Assembly: GCA_945861645.1 (NCBI GenBank) | Contig: CAMAVZ010000013.1 | Location: forward strand, 1 to 52,345 | Direction of reading: 5' to 3' | Length of the DNA: 52,345 bases | Origin: Opitutus sp. GAS368 | Lineage (GTDB): Bacteria; Verrucomicrobiota; Verrucomicrobiia; Opitutales; Opitutaceae | Shown here: positions 26,502-36,088 of the stretch, piece after piece | Layout: each line of letters starts with the position of its first letter | How positions within the stretch are numbered: the stretch's first letter is position 1 | The notes under the pieces: generated by a model | Told to the model about the DNA's origin: nothing | Databases searched by the model: none | Seen by the model: the letters and a program-made list of their open reading frames with translations, nothing else | Program-made: the position numbers and the translations under genes

Positions 26502-27419
26502 TTAATGGTTAACTTTGCTGGGTAAAATATTGAGCGCGTGCAGCGCCACGGCCACGGCGGCATTGCTGCCGATCGTCTCCCCCAAGATCGCCGGTACAAT
26601 CTGACAAGCCGCGCGGGGGCCCGCCAGCGCCTCAGCCGTCAGCGCGCGATTCATCGCGGGACGCAACAGATCTGCACAGCGAGGAAAATACCCCCCGAGC
26701 ACCATACGTTCAGGATTCAGGGTATCGATGATCAACGCTAAGGCCTCTCCGAGGCGCTCACCCGCTACATCCATGACTTTCAGCGCGAGGGCATCGCCTG
26801 CCGTAGCCGCTACCGCGATATCCTTCAAGGTAACCTCTGCTTGCGGCCACCCCATCGCCACCGCCAGCCGCGCGATCCCACCCCCACTGCAAAAGCCCTC
26901 AAACGAGCCGCGTTTGCCAAAACCGAGCGGTCCATCAGAGCGCAAGCGCAGATGACCCACTTCGCCAGCATCACCCGTCGCCCCTTCGTAAAGTCGACCA
27001 TCGAGAATCAGGCCTGCCCCCATGCCGGTGCCCGCCGTCAGGAAAACCATGCTGGCGCATCCGCGACCGGCCCCAAAATGCCACTCCGCTAGCGCCGAAG
27101 CATTCGCATCGTTCATCAGGAAAGCGCGACCGCCGAAGAGGTCGGTAAAGGCACGACAAATATCCAGATCCACCCAGCCAGGCAGATTGGGTGGGCATAA
27201 AATAATCCCTCGCTTGGCATCCAACGGGCCACCGCAGGATATCCCAAAAACAACTTCGGGGCCCGGGACCAACTGCTCCACCTGCTGACGGAACCACTGA
27301 AAGGTTGTGGCAAAATCTTGGGTCGGAAAACGCCCCAATTCCCGCACCACACCGTCCCTTAAAATACTGACCGCACATTTAGTGCCGCCGATATCGATGC
27401 CGATAATTTTCACAGCCAT
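26502..27419 (-). CDS. ROK-family sugar kinase
   Basis: GIDIGGTK, NDANASALAE, GTGMGAG, GEVGH; start MAVKII at 27419. Confidence 0.9.
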   Translation of the reverse strand: MAVKIIGIDIGGTKCAVSILRDGVVRELGRFPTQDFATTFQWFRQQVEQLVPGPEVVFGISCGGPLDAKRGIILCPPNLPGWVDLDICRAFTDLFGGRAFLMNDANASALAEWHFGAGRGCASMVFLTAGTGMGAGLILDGRLYEGATGDAGEVGHLRLRSDGPLGFGKRGSFEGFCSGGGIARLAVAMGWPQAEVTLKDIAVAATAGDALALKVMDVAGERLGEALALIIDTLNPERMVLGGYFPRCADLLRPAMNRALTAEALAGPRAACQIVPAILGETIGSNAAVAVALHALNILPSKVNH

Positions 27420-27577
27420 GACATTTTTCAGGGTGGTGGGAGCGGTGAGTTGATCATCCGAGCATGGCCAGACCGCCGCACAGGTCAACCCACACCAGCG
27501 CCGGAACCCGACGCAAGGCCCGGCGCCCACGAAGGGGACTTGATCCAGCGCCATGATCCACCACTTTACTTTTACTG

Positions 27578-28375
27578 ATGTCTTACCGCCGCGCCATCTC
27601 CACGCTGGGTTGTCCGGATCTTTCTTTAGCTGAAACCATCGCCCTCGCTCAGCGCCACCACCTCGATGCCGTCGAGCTACGCGCGCTCGCCCATACCATC
27701 GACCTGCCGACTGTATTTACGACCGCTTACGGCACGCCAACGGCACTCGCGGCCTGGATCAAAACGGCCCCTGTACCAATCGTATCACTGGATACTTCGC
27801 TAAAATTGGCCGATAATTCAGCCGCCGATCGTGAAGATTTTTTGCGTTTCTTACCATGGGCCGAAGCAATCGGGGTCCCTTGGTTGCGCGTCTTTGATGG
27901 CGGCCATGCGGCCGATCCCGCCACCCACCAAGCGATGGCTGATACCGTAGCATGGTGGCGGGCACTAAAAAAACAAAATGGCTGGCAGGCTGAAATCATG
28001 GTGGAAACTCATGACGCGCTCTGCACGACCGCGGCCATTCAACAATTCCTAACCTTGGCTCCGCGCACGGCGATTCTTTGGGATACCCAACACACGTGGA
28101 GAAATGGCGGCGAAAATCCCGCCACTACCTGGCGCGCCATCGGCTCACAGGTCGTGCATGTCCACGTGAAGGATAGTGTCAGCCGCCCCAGCGCGAAACA
28201 TCCATTCAGCTATGTTTTACCTGGCGAAGGGGAATTTCCGATGGCGAAGCTCCGCCCCCTCTTGCAGGCTGAGTTCACCGGCTGCGTTAGTCTGGAGTGG
28301 GAGCGACTTTGGCATCCCACGATCGCGCCACTCGATGACGCGCTTAACGCCAGCGCGAAATGCCAGTGGTGGTAA
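27578..28375 (+). CDS. Sugar phosphate isomerase/epimerase (xylose-isomerase-like TIM barrel)
   Basis: STLGCP, VELR, VETHD, WD..H, HVHVKD, GEG.FP, SLEWE. Confidence 0.85.
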   Translation: MSYRRAISTLGCPDLSLAETIALAQRHHLDAVELRALAHTIDLPTVFTTAYGTPTALAAWIKTAPVPIVSLDTSLKLADNSAADREDFLRFLPWAEAIGVPWLRVFDGGHAADPATHQAMADTVAWWRALKKQNGWQAEIMVETHDALCTTAAIQQFLTLAPRTAILWDTQHTWRNGGENPATTWRAIGSQVVHVHVKDSVSRPSAKHPFSYVLPGEGEFPMAKLRPLLQAEFTGCVSLEWERLWHPTIAPLDDALNASAKCQWW

Positions 28376-28423
28376 TTTAGCCTAAAACGGAGGCAACCGT
28401 CTGCCCCCGTCAGCAGCCGCGCG

Positions 28424-29233
28424 TCACACCTTACCCGCTTCCTCATTGCTCACCGGCTTAAAGCTGGGACGACCATAGCGCTGCGTCGGCGGGGTGCCGT
28501 AAGGGTTGTGCTTAAATTCATCCACCCCGCGACAAAGATAAATTTTGAAATTAGGATTCACGGTTAAGTCATTCTTAACATTTGTGCCGGAATAACGAAT
28601 CGTGAGCCCAGCGCGCCGCCGATCAGAGGGATTAGCCGGTGAGCCGTGGATGGCGCGATCATCGTGCAAGGAACATTCGCCCGCCTTCAGCCGGAACTGA
28701 ATGGCGCTCTCAGCCTTAAAGTCCGTACCGTCTTCCAACTCCAAGGTGAGCACCGAGCTAGTTTCCGTGGAACGGCGATGCTTGATGACCCCTCCGCGAT
28801 GGGAGCCGGGCAGTAATTTCATGCCTCCATTAACTTCATCAACATCATCAAAGGCCAACCAGACGGTGACAGAATTGTGGGGCGCCATCGGCCAATAATA
28901 AGAATCTTGGTGCCAGCCGACGGTCGAAAGAGTGTGAGGATCTTTGATAAAAAAATTACTCGCCCAGCAATAAAAATTCTCCCCGAGAATTCCCGAGACG
29001 AGCTCGAGGATTTTTGGATTCAGGGCGATTTCGTAGAGATAAGTGCTCGTCTCGTGCCACTCGCGGATATCCTTACTCGTTTCACTCGGCTCCAGCAACG
29101 CGAGTAAGCGAGGGAGTTCCGCATTGAATTTAGCCATCTCCTCGCGGGTATAGATCGACGGCAGGTCCAGCAGGTAGCCGTTTTCGTGATAGAAAGCCTT
29201 TTGGGCCGACGTAAGTTGGTGCGAAGTAATCAT
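28424..29233 (-). CDS. Phytanoyl-CoA dioxygenase (PhyH) family Fe(II)/2-oxoglutarate dioxygenase
   Basis: WHQD (HxD), TVWLAFDD...NGGM..LPGSH, HGS.AN.SDRRR. Confidence 0.9.
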   Translation of the reverse strand: MITSHQLTSAQKAFYHENGYLLDLPSIYTREEMAKFNAELPRLLALLEPSETSKDIREWHETSTYLYEIALNPKILELVSGILGENFYCWASNFFIKDPHTLSTVGWHQDSYYWPMAPHNSVTVWLAFDDVDEVNGGMKLLPGSHRGGVIKHRRSTETSSVLTLELEDGTDFKAESAIQFRLKAGECSLHDDRAIHGSPANPSDRRRAGLTIRYSGTNVKNDLTVNPNFKIYLCRGVDEFKHNPYGTPPTQRYGRPSFKPVSNEEAGKV

Positions 29234-29282
29234 GGAATAAAAAGTTGGTTAATAAATTTTGAGTGACCAATGCAAGGAGAGC

Positions 29283-30425
29283 TTAACGACCAAGGTATTT
29301 GTCGCGCCCGCGAACCAAGGCTTCCATTTTTCGGTCAGCGATTGAACGTTTGAGCATCCAGAAACCACAATCAGGGTGCACCCAACGCACGCGACCAGGG
29401 CCGACTTTCTTCTCCACGGCTTCAATCCGCGCCGCGACTTCATCGGCCGTCTCAATGTGGTTAACTTTAATATCAATTACGCCAACCCCGAGGGCGATTT
29501 TCTTGTCGATCCGCTTCAACGCATCGAGATCAGCGGCGGGCCGATGCGCCAGTTCCAGGACGAGGTGGTCCGTGTGCAGTGCGTTCAGGAAGGTTAGCAA
29601 TTTTTCCCAATTACCCTTCTGAATGGTTTGTCCACCGTAATTACCAAAGCAGAAATGCACCGCCCGCTCGGTACCAGAATCAATAGCATCAAGCACCAAA
29701 TTCATGGATGCAGCCGCCAGCGGCGCGTCCGCCGGATTGCCGGGAATATTGGCCTCATCCACTTGCAAACAGGTCGCCGGCAAACCGGGCATTTGCGCCG
29801 CTAAAACTTCGCCCAACGCCATCGTGAGTTTGTTAAAACTGCCGTAATGGTGATCGAGCAAAGTACGCGCGAGCATGTACGGACTCGTCACCGTAAATTT
29901 AAAAGCTCCACCCGCCACCGCGGCGGCGCGCTGGCAATCGGCGAGTAAATTCAACGATCCTTCACCTAACTTACCCGTGACAACCCCCGCCGGTTGACGC
30001 CGAAAGCCCATCGGTGAATGGCGAGCGAATTCCTCCGTGATCGAGCGGCCCACCACCGACGAAATGCCGGCCATGGGGCGAATAAAATATTCGATCATCC
30101 CATTGGTGTCGGGGTGATTCACATCGAACCGATAGAGCTCACCATCCGTCGGCAAATCAATGCCCGCTTGGCGCTGGAGATCAAAAACAACCCGCGTAGC
30201 GTCGATGACCGCCTGCTCACTGGGCAAAGCCGCTAGCCAATCAGGCACGGGATAAGAACCGACGGTCGTGGTCAGGATGCGGGGCGATGAGGCGGACCGA
30301 GCGGCGGCGACTGGAGCTGCCTTGACTGAGGGGGCGCGCAGCCCAGCCGCAGCGGCGAGCGTACGGGGTGACTTAATCACCTGCGATTGTGAGGCGGAGG
30401 ACGGAGGAGGACAAGAAGAGCACAT
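29283..30425 (-). CDS. Cobalamin-independent methionine synthase II (core MetE-like) Zn thiol-alkyltransferase
   Basis: TTVGSYPVP, QRQAGIDLPTDGE, QVDE, HFCFGN (HxC), LE, GVID, PDCG; single barrel only; start at ATG 30425 (track gives 30635). Confidence 0.85.
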   Translation of the reverse strand: MCSSCPPPSSASQSQVIKSPRTLAAAAGLRAPSVKAAPVAAARSASSPRILTTTVGSYPVPDWLAALPSEQAVIDATRVVFDLQRQAGIDLPTDGELYRFDVNHPDTNGMIEYFIRPMAGISSVVGRSITEEFARHSPMGFRRQPAGVVTGKLGEGSLNLLADCQRAAAVAGGAFKFTVTSPYMLARTLLDHHYGSFNKLTMALGEVLAAQMPGLPATCLQVDEANIPGNPADAPLAAASMNLVLDAIDSGTERAVHFCFGNYGGQTIQKGNWEKLLTFLNALHTDHLVLELAHRPAADLDALKRIDKKIALGVGVIDIKVNHIETADEVAARIEAVEKKVGPGRVRWVHPDCGFWMLKRSIADRKMEALVRGRDKYLGR

Positions 30426-30633
30426 GGGTTGGCAAAATCTAAGTACCCCACAATCATTGCCAATACTGAAATTGTTTGGGCCGCGAAAATAGTTTATCTT
30501 CCGCACCCCCCACAATTCGCTCGGCGCCGCGCGATGGTATGCCCAGCTTGCAAAGGCGATCTGACCAGTATTAACGAATACCAAGACTTCACTTATTAAA
30601 GACTTCCTGTTTCTTTCCTGTGCACCCTCCATC

Positions 30634-32631
30634 ATGAATTCATTTCCTTCGCGTCTAAAAAATTTAAGCTGGGGTTTTTTGAGCCTGATAGGCTGGCCGG
30701 CACTCGCACTCAGTCAGCCCACCCCCGCCGCACCTCTACCTTCTAATCGCGCTGCTGCGGTCGTCGGTCCGATCGTACTGCGCGATGAAAGCGTCGATCA
30801 AGTGCTCGCCCTGCTTGAACGTTGGTCGGGCAAGACGATTCTCCGCCCCCAAGCTCTGCCGGTCGCCACCATCACCCTCACCCTCAAGGGTAATGTCACG
30901 CGCGATGAAGCCATCCGCGCCTTGGAAACCCTGCTCGCCCTGAATGGGATCGGCATTAGTCCGCTCGACGATAAATTCCTTAAAGTCACCGCGCTTGCCT
31001 TGACCAAAGCGGAAGCGCCGGAACTCATCGATGGCTCTACCCTCAGTCTGGCGCCAAGCGGCCGCATCGCTAGCAAAGTGTTTCAGTTACAATTTCTCAA
31101 GGTAACCGAATTCATGCCCCAGATCGCTGGCATGCTCAATCCCGCCGCGAGCAGCGTGCCGGTCGTTTTTGAAAACGCTAACGCCGCGCTGGTGACCGAC
31201 TCGCTGACCAATCTGCAACGCATCGAAACTCTGTTGGCGAAATTTGACCGGCCTCACCTCGGTAATTTGCGGGCGAAATTCTACCCCCTCCATTTTGCTA
31301 AAGCCAGTGAGGTCGTCACCAAGCTGCGGACGATTCTCTCCGGACCACTGCAGGCGCAGCTGGGCACCTCGACCACTTACAACCCCGATGATCGCACCAA
31401 CCAAGTCATCCTGATCACGGATGCGCGCCAGTACGAATTTTTCGATGACCTGATTGCCAAGCTCGACACCAAATCCGATGCCAATACGCGCAATGATGTT
31501 ATCTATCTTAAGTACGCCATGGCCAAGGATGTCGCCTCGAGCCTCACCCAATTAGTCACCACGCAAAATGGCGCCGCCCGCAAAAATGGCTCAGAAAGCA
31601 CCGCGTCCGGCGCCCCCGTGCCTACAGCGACTCCTACGCCGGCGGCACCCGCGGGCAGCAATCTCGCCGCAGCCGCTACGCTCAAGCTTGAACCCACTAA
31701 CCAATTCAGCGCCTTACTGACCGTGCTGCCCGAAGAACGTAGCAACGCGATCATCGTCTCCGGCACCGAAGGCGATATTCGCTTGATCAATGATCTCGTC
31801 GCTAAAATCGATATCATCCTTGCCCAAGTTCGCATCGAGGTCGTGATCGCGGAAGTCACCCTTGGTGATAACGGCACGACTGGGATCAGCGCCCTCGGAC
31901 TCAAAGTTCAAGGCGGCAAACTGACCGGCTACACCGGAGCCACCGCCGGGGCGACCCTCGGCAATGCCCCCATTGTGGGCTCCACCGACCTCGCCGCCCT
32001 CATCGCCCTCAGCACCACCCCCCGCAAATCAAACGCGAACATCCTCTCGGTTCCGACCATCCTAACCACCCACGGCAAGGAAGGGAAAATTTTTGTCGGC
32101 GAATCTCGGCCGATGATTAGCAGCTATCTCAACGATAACAGTTCGGTCGGTGGCAACACCATCGGCGGCGGCTATCGTTCCACGGTCAACTCCAAGGACA
32201 TCGGCATTCAGCTTTCCGTCAAACCCCTCATTGGCAACGACGGCTCAGTCCAGTTGGAGATCAAACAAGAGGTAAACGATATTCTCGGCGACATCACCAT
32301 CGACGGAAATCCCCAGCCCCGCATCGGCAAACGCTCCACTGAGTCTTTCGTTACGGCGCAAAGCGGTGAAATTATCGTCTTAGGCGGCATGCAGCGCACG
32401 AGCGAATCGCGCAGCACCAGTCGACTCGGTCCCATCCCAATCATCGGGGACCTACTCGGGAGTCGCTCCAGTGAAAAAACCCGCACCGATCTCGTGTTTT
32501 TCCTCCGGCCGATCATCCTAACCAATACTTCCGCGGACAACGCCCCCGCGCTTGAGCGCGTTGAACAATTTCCCGTCGAACAACGCGATCAGGTTAAAAG
32601 TGTAATCGCGCCCCGTCCGAACAAATCCTGA
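30634..32631 (+). CDS. gspD: Type II secretion secretin
   Basis: Signal peptide, N-domain repeats (D.RTN..I), QV.IE..IAEV, GIQLSVKP.I, EIKQEV, GEIIVLGG, IP.IG.L, LVFFLRP.I. Confidence 0.9.
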   Translation: MNSFPSRLKNLSWGFLSLIGWPALALSQPTPAAPLPSNRAAAVVGPIVLRDESVDQVLALLERWSGKTILRPQALPVATITLTLKGNVTRDEAIRALETLLALNGIGISPLDDKFLKVTALALTKAEAPELIDGSTLSLAPSGRIASKVFQLQFLKVTEFMPQIAGMLNPAASSVPVVFENANAALVTDSLTNLQRIETLLAKFDRPHLGNLRAKFYPLHFAKASEVVTKLRTILSGPLQAQLGTSTTYNPDDRTNQVILITDARQYEFFDDLIAKLDTKSDANTRNDVIYLKYAMAKDVASSLTQLVTTQNGAARKNGSESTASGAPVPTATPTPAAPAGSNLAAAATLKLEPTNQFSALLTVLPEERSNAIIVSGTEGDIRLINDLVAKIDIILAQVRIEVVIAEVTLGDNGTTGISALGLKVQGGKLTGYTGATAGATLGNAPIVGSTDLAALIALSTTPRKSNANILSVPTILTTHGKEGKIFVGESRPMISSYLNDNSSVGGNTIGGGYRSTVNSKDIGIQLSVKPLIGNDGSVQLEIKQEVNDILGDITIDGNPQPRIGKRSTESFVTAQSGEIIVLGGMQRTSESRSTSRLGPIPIIGDLLGSRSSEKTRTDLVFFLRPIILTNTSADNAPALERVEQFPVEQRDQVKSVIAPRPNKS

Positions 32632-32633
32632 AC

Positions 32634-34325
32634 ATGGCTTCGTCGTCGGCAGCAGCATCCCTCGGGTTAGGCGACTGGACGCAGCCAGAATTAGCCCAAC
32701 AAGTACTCGAAGCCCCCCGCGCCGAGCGACTGGCGGTTTATGCGCGCTTAAAAAATATCGAAGTCAACGCGGCCTGCCTCGAAGTGGCGCAGCTCGCGCA
32801 CGTGCCGCTCGCCCCCGAGCCTAAGGCCGATACCGCCGCAATCTCACTGCTACCGTCGCGATTAATTAACGATTACCAGATAGTTCCCATGCTCGGCCCA
32901 GATGTGGCTGACACCAGCCAACTCCACCTCGCCACCGTCTGGCCACCTGATCTTGAAATGCAAGATTGGGTCGGGACCCTGACCCCGCGCCGCCTCTGCT
33001 GGCACCTCGCTCCCGCCGACCGCGTGCGGCAGCTGATCATCGAAAATTACGGGGTAGGCTCAGGCAGCCTCGAGGAGTCCGATGATACCCTCGCCGGTCT
33101 CGCCGTAGAATCGGTCCCCGGACAAGAAGCCGATGCCGATGCCGCCGTTGTGCGCTTCGTTAGCGATGTGATTGCACAAGCCATCGAAGATGGGGCCACC
33201 GATATTCATTTCGAGCCGCAAGAAGGCCAACTCCGCATTCGCTACCGCGTGGATGGCTTACTCGTTCTCGTGCCAGTACCAGATAATTTGCTGCGCTTCC
33301 AAGATGCGATTATCTCGCGCCTGAAAATTATGGCTCGACTCAATATCTCCGAAAAACGTCTCCCGCAAGATGGCCGCATTAGTTTCAAAACCGACGGCAG
33401 TACCCTCGATATTCGCGTCTCCACTATTCCCACCATCCATGCGGAGAGCGTGAGCCTTCGCCTCCTCAATCAGCGCCGCGAAGCCTATACCATGGAACGC
33501 CTCGGCATGGGCGCAGACGAACAAGCCCAAGTAAAAAACGTGCTCGAGTCGCCGCACGGCATCATTCTCGTAACCGGACCAACCGGCTCCGGTAAATCCA
33601 CTTCGCTCAACGCCTTTCTCCGCGAAATCAATTCCACGGACCTGCGTATCGTCACTGTAGAAGATCCCATCGAATACGAAGTTCCCGGGGTTAACCAAAT
33701 GCAGGTGCGGCCCGATATCGGCCTGACGTTTGCCAGCGCATTACGCCACGTCCTGCGCCAAGATCCAGATGTAATTATGGTCGGCGAAATTCGCGATCGC
33801 GAGACCGCCGATATCGCAATTCGGGCCTCCCTGACGGGCCACTTAGTTTTCTCCACCTTGCACACTAACGATGCCCCTGGCGCCATCACGCGCCTCATTG
33901 ATATGGGCATCGAACCTTTTCTCGTCGCCTCGGCCTTGCAATTAGTGATCGCCCAACGGCTGGTGCGCCGTCTCTGCCCCGAGTGCGCCCGCCCGACCGC
34001 TGTTAATCCAGTCCAGTTACGCGACTCCCTCGCCATTCTCGGCCTTGATAGCTCCGCCGGCGATGATCTGAAAACGCTTCTCCACCCCGTAGGTTGCGAT
34101 CGCTGTCGCGGCACTGGGTACCGCGGGCGCATCGGTCTCTTCGAAATCCTCAAGCCGGGCGAGGAGTTGCATGATCTGGTCGTGCGGCGCGAATCCACCC
34201 GCACCCTCACCAAGTGCGCGCGCAGCTTGGGTATGCGTTCATTACAACAATCCGGCTGGGAAAAAATTCTCGCCGGCCATACGACGCTCGACGAAGTGCT
34301 GCGCGTTATCACCGCGACTGAATAA
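32634..34325 (+). CDS. gspE: Type II secretion ATPase (GspE/PulE)
   Basis: ATDIHFEP, EKRLPQDG, GPTGSGKST, EDPIEY, RQDPDVIMVGEIRD, GHLVFSTLH, CPEC...CDRC. Confidence 0.93.
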   Translation: MASSSAAASLGLGDWTQPELAQQVLEAPRAERLAVYARLKNIEVNAACLEVAQLAHVPLAPEPKADTAAISLLPSRLINDYQIVPMLGPDVADTSQLHLATVWPPDLEMQDWVGTLTPRRLCWHLAPADRVRQLIIENYGVGSGSLEESDDTLAGLAVESVPGQEADADAAVVRFVSDVIAQAIEDGATDIHFEPQEGQLRIRYRVDGLLVLVPVPDNLLRFQDAIISRLKIMARLNISEKRLPQDGRISFKTDGSTLDIRVSTIPTIHAESVSLRLLNQRREAYTMERLGMGADEQAQVKNVLESPHGIILVTGPTGSGKSTSLNAFLREINSTDLRIVTVEDPIEYEVPGVNQMQVRPDIGLTFASALRHVLRQDPDVIMVGEIRDRETADIAIRASLTGHLVFSTLHTNDAPGAITRLIDMGIEPFLVASALQLVIAQRLVRRLCPECARPTAVNPVQLRDSLAILGLDSSAGDDLKTLLHPVGCDRCRGTGYRGRIGLFEILKPGEELHDLVVRRESTRTLTKCARSLGMRSLQQSGWEKILAGHTTLDEVLRVITATE

Positions 34326-34329
34326 TTCT

Positions 34330-35559
34330 GTGCCTCGCTTTGCTTACAGCGCCCGCGACCAATCCGGCCAGATGCTCCGGGCTAATCTCGAAGCAATCTC
34401 CCGCAAAGATGCCGCCCGCATCCTGACCGCCCGCCAGTTACAGGTCACCAGCTTAACCGAAATCAGCGCTAGCGCTCCTATCACCACACCCGCTGCACCG
34501 TCGCAACGGCCGGTGACTGTCGTTTTTTCTCGCCAGCATCGCCTTCCCTTTCTGCAAGCTCTTTCCGATCTTAACGGCAGCGGTATGCCTGCGGGCGAAG
34601 CAGTCCGCTTACTCAGCCTGCGCCTTAAAGACCCCGCCTTACGCGCCCTCTGCGTCGAACTGTGGGCTGGGCTCAGCGAAGGCCTCCCCCTTTCTCGGGC
34701 CCTCGAAAGCCAGCCAGAAGTTTTTGATCTACAAACCGTTAATCTAGTCTCCGCCGGCGAAGCGACGGGGAATCTCCGCGAAGTCCTGCTCCGGCTCATT
34801 CAGCATTTCACTGAGCAAAAAGCCCTCCGCCAGAAATTAACCACCGCGCTCGCTTACCCCGCCTTCATCTGTGTGGTCGCGCTTGGGTTAATTTTATTTT
34901 TTATTTTTTATCTCCTGCCGCGCTTGCAGATGCTGCTGACCTCGCTCGGCGGACAATTACCGCTCTCCACCCGCATACTCGTGGGTCTTTCTCATTTTAT
35001 TGTCACCTACGGCCTGCTCTTGGCCGGGGCGCTGGCGGTGGGCGCGATATTTTTCTGGCGATGGCAACAACGCCCCATCGGGCGCGCCGCGGTCGATCAG
35101 TGGCTACTGCGCGTTCCTTTTGCCGGTCCTTTCCTGATCAACTCGACCATCCTCAATTTTAGCCAAACATTAGCCGTACTCCTTGAGAACGGGGTCACGA
35201 CCGCGGAAGCCCTGCGCATGACCGAACGCACCCTCACGCACACCACGCTGCAACGCGCCTTTCATGATGCCACCGATCGCGTGCTCGAAGGCGAAAGCCT
35301 TTCCCTCTCCCTGCATAAAACTGGCTGCTTCCCCGACCTCGTGATCGATCAGCTTTCAGTCGGCGAAAGCACCGGCAACCTCGCCCCCAGCTTGCGTGAC
35401 CTCGCTCGCAATTATCAGCAGACCATCACCAACCAAATCCAGGCGTTCACCACGATTTTCTCTAGCGCGGTCCTCTTGTTCGCCTTTGGCTTCGTGGCTT
35501 TTATCGCTTACGCCATCGTCTCCGCTGTTTTCCAAGTCAGCGCGAGTTTCAAATTTTAA
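34330..35559 (+). CDS. gspF: Type II secretion inner-membrane platform protein (GspF/PilC)
   Basis: F.YSARD..G, EG..LS.AL, GEATGNL, ALAYP, LP.ST, GESTGNL; GTG start at 34330. Confidence 0.9.
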   Translation: MPRFAYSARDQSGQMLRANLEAISRKDAARILTARQLQVTSLTEISASAPITTPAAPSQRPVTVVFSRQHRLPFLQALSDLNGSGMPAGEAVRLLSLRLKDPALRALCVELWAGLSEGLPLSRALESQPEVFDLQTVNLVSAGEATGNLREVLLRLIQHFTEQKALRQKLTTALAYPAFICVVALGLILFFIFYLLPRLQMLLTSLGGQLPLSTRILVGLSHFIVTYGLLLAGALAVGAIFFWRWQQRPIGRAAVDQWLLRVPFAGPFLINSTILNFSQTLAVLLENGVTTAEALRMTERTLTHTTLQRAFHDATDRVLEGESLSLSLHKTGCFPDLVIDQLSVGESTGNLAPSLRDLARNYQQTITNQIQAFTTIFSSAVLLFAFGFVAFIAYAIVSAVFQVSASFKF

Positions 35560-35566
35560 CGACCGC

Positions 35567-36088
35567 TCAGCGGCTTAATTCAACCGCGACCGCGCGAAAA
35601 CTTGCGTTCAAAAGTCCGGGCGCCGCTCGGTCTGTCGTCAGTGAAAATTGCTCCAATGCGATATAAGGGGAGCGCTTAGCTAATTCTTCATAGAACCTCA
35701 ACAAAGCCCCGAGGTCAGCTCGGCGAAAGCCCACTTGGACAATATTGAACGCAAATCTATCAGTCCGCTGCGTGCTTTGCGCATTAATGTCTGCCGCCAA
35801 CCCCACCTGCGCGGCGATTCGGTTTAACTCTCCGACCAATTGCGTCGCCGTCAGCGTTGATTGAATATCAAGGCTCTGCGTCGCGGCTTTAGCCTTCGTT
35901 GTGATCGTATCGGCATTGCTCAACCAAACATCTTGGCGCGCGCGCTCGGCCATGAGACCTCGCACCTCACTCCCGAAAAGCTTCGCGCGAACACCCACAC
36001 TCGCACCCCAGATGGCCAATACGAGCAGCGCAAAGCCCAAGAGTAAGATTTTTTCCCGGAACAGCCGGCCCATAAACAATTGCTTCAT
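35567..36088 (-). CDS. GspM/PilO-like T2SS protein
   Basis: RE..LL then one TM, coiled coil and ferredoxin-like C-terminus; last gene of the pseudopilin operon. Confidence 0.6.
   Translation of the reverse strand: MKQLFMGRLFREKILLLGFALLVLAIWGASVGVRAKLFGSEVRGLMAERARQDVWLSNADTITTKAKAATQSLDIQSTLTATQLVGELNRIAAQVGLAADINAQSTQRTDRFAFNIVQVGFRRADLGALLRFYEELAKRSPYIALEQFSLTTDRAAPGLLNASFRAVAVELSR

Noticed and set aside
30426..30633. SAM/cobalamin riboswitch for the MetE-like gene, or sigma54 promoter for gspD
   Set aside because: No recognisable riboswitch core; TGGTAT...TTGC has GG-N12-GC spacing, not the required N10.
33485..34312. Long antisense ORFs (this one, plus 3741-4430, 20769-21545, 44549-45103)
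   Set aside because: Shadow frames of well-supported genes in GC-rich DNA, with no recognisable motifs.
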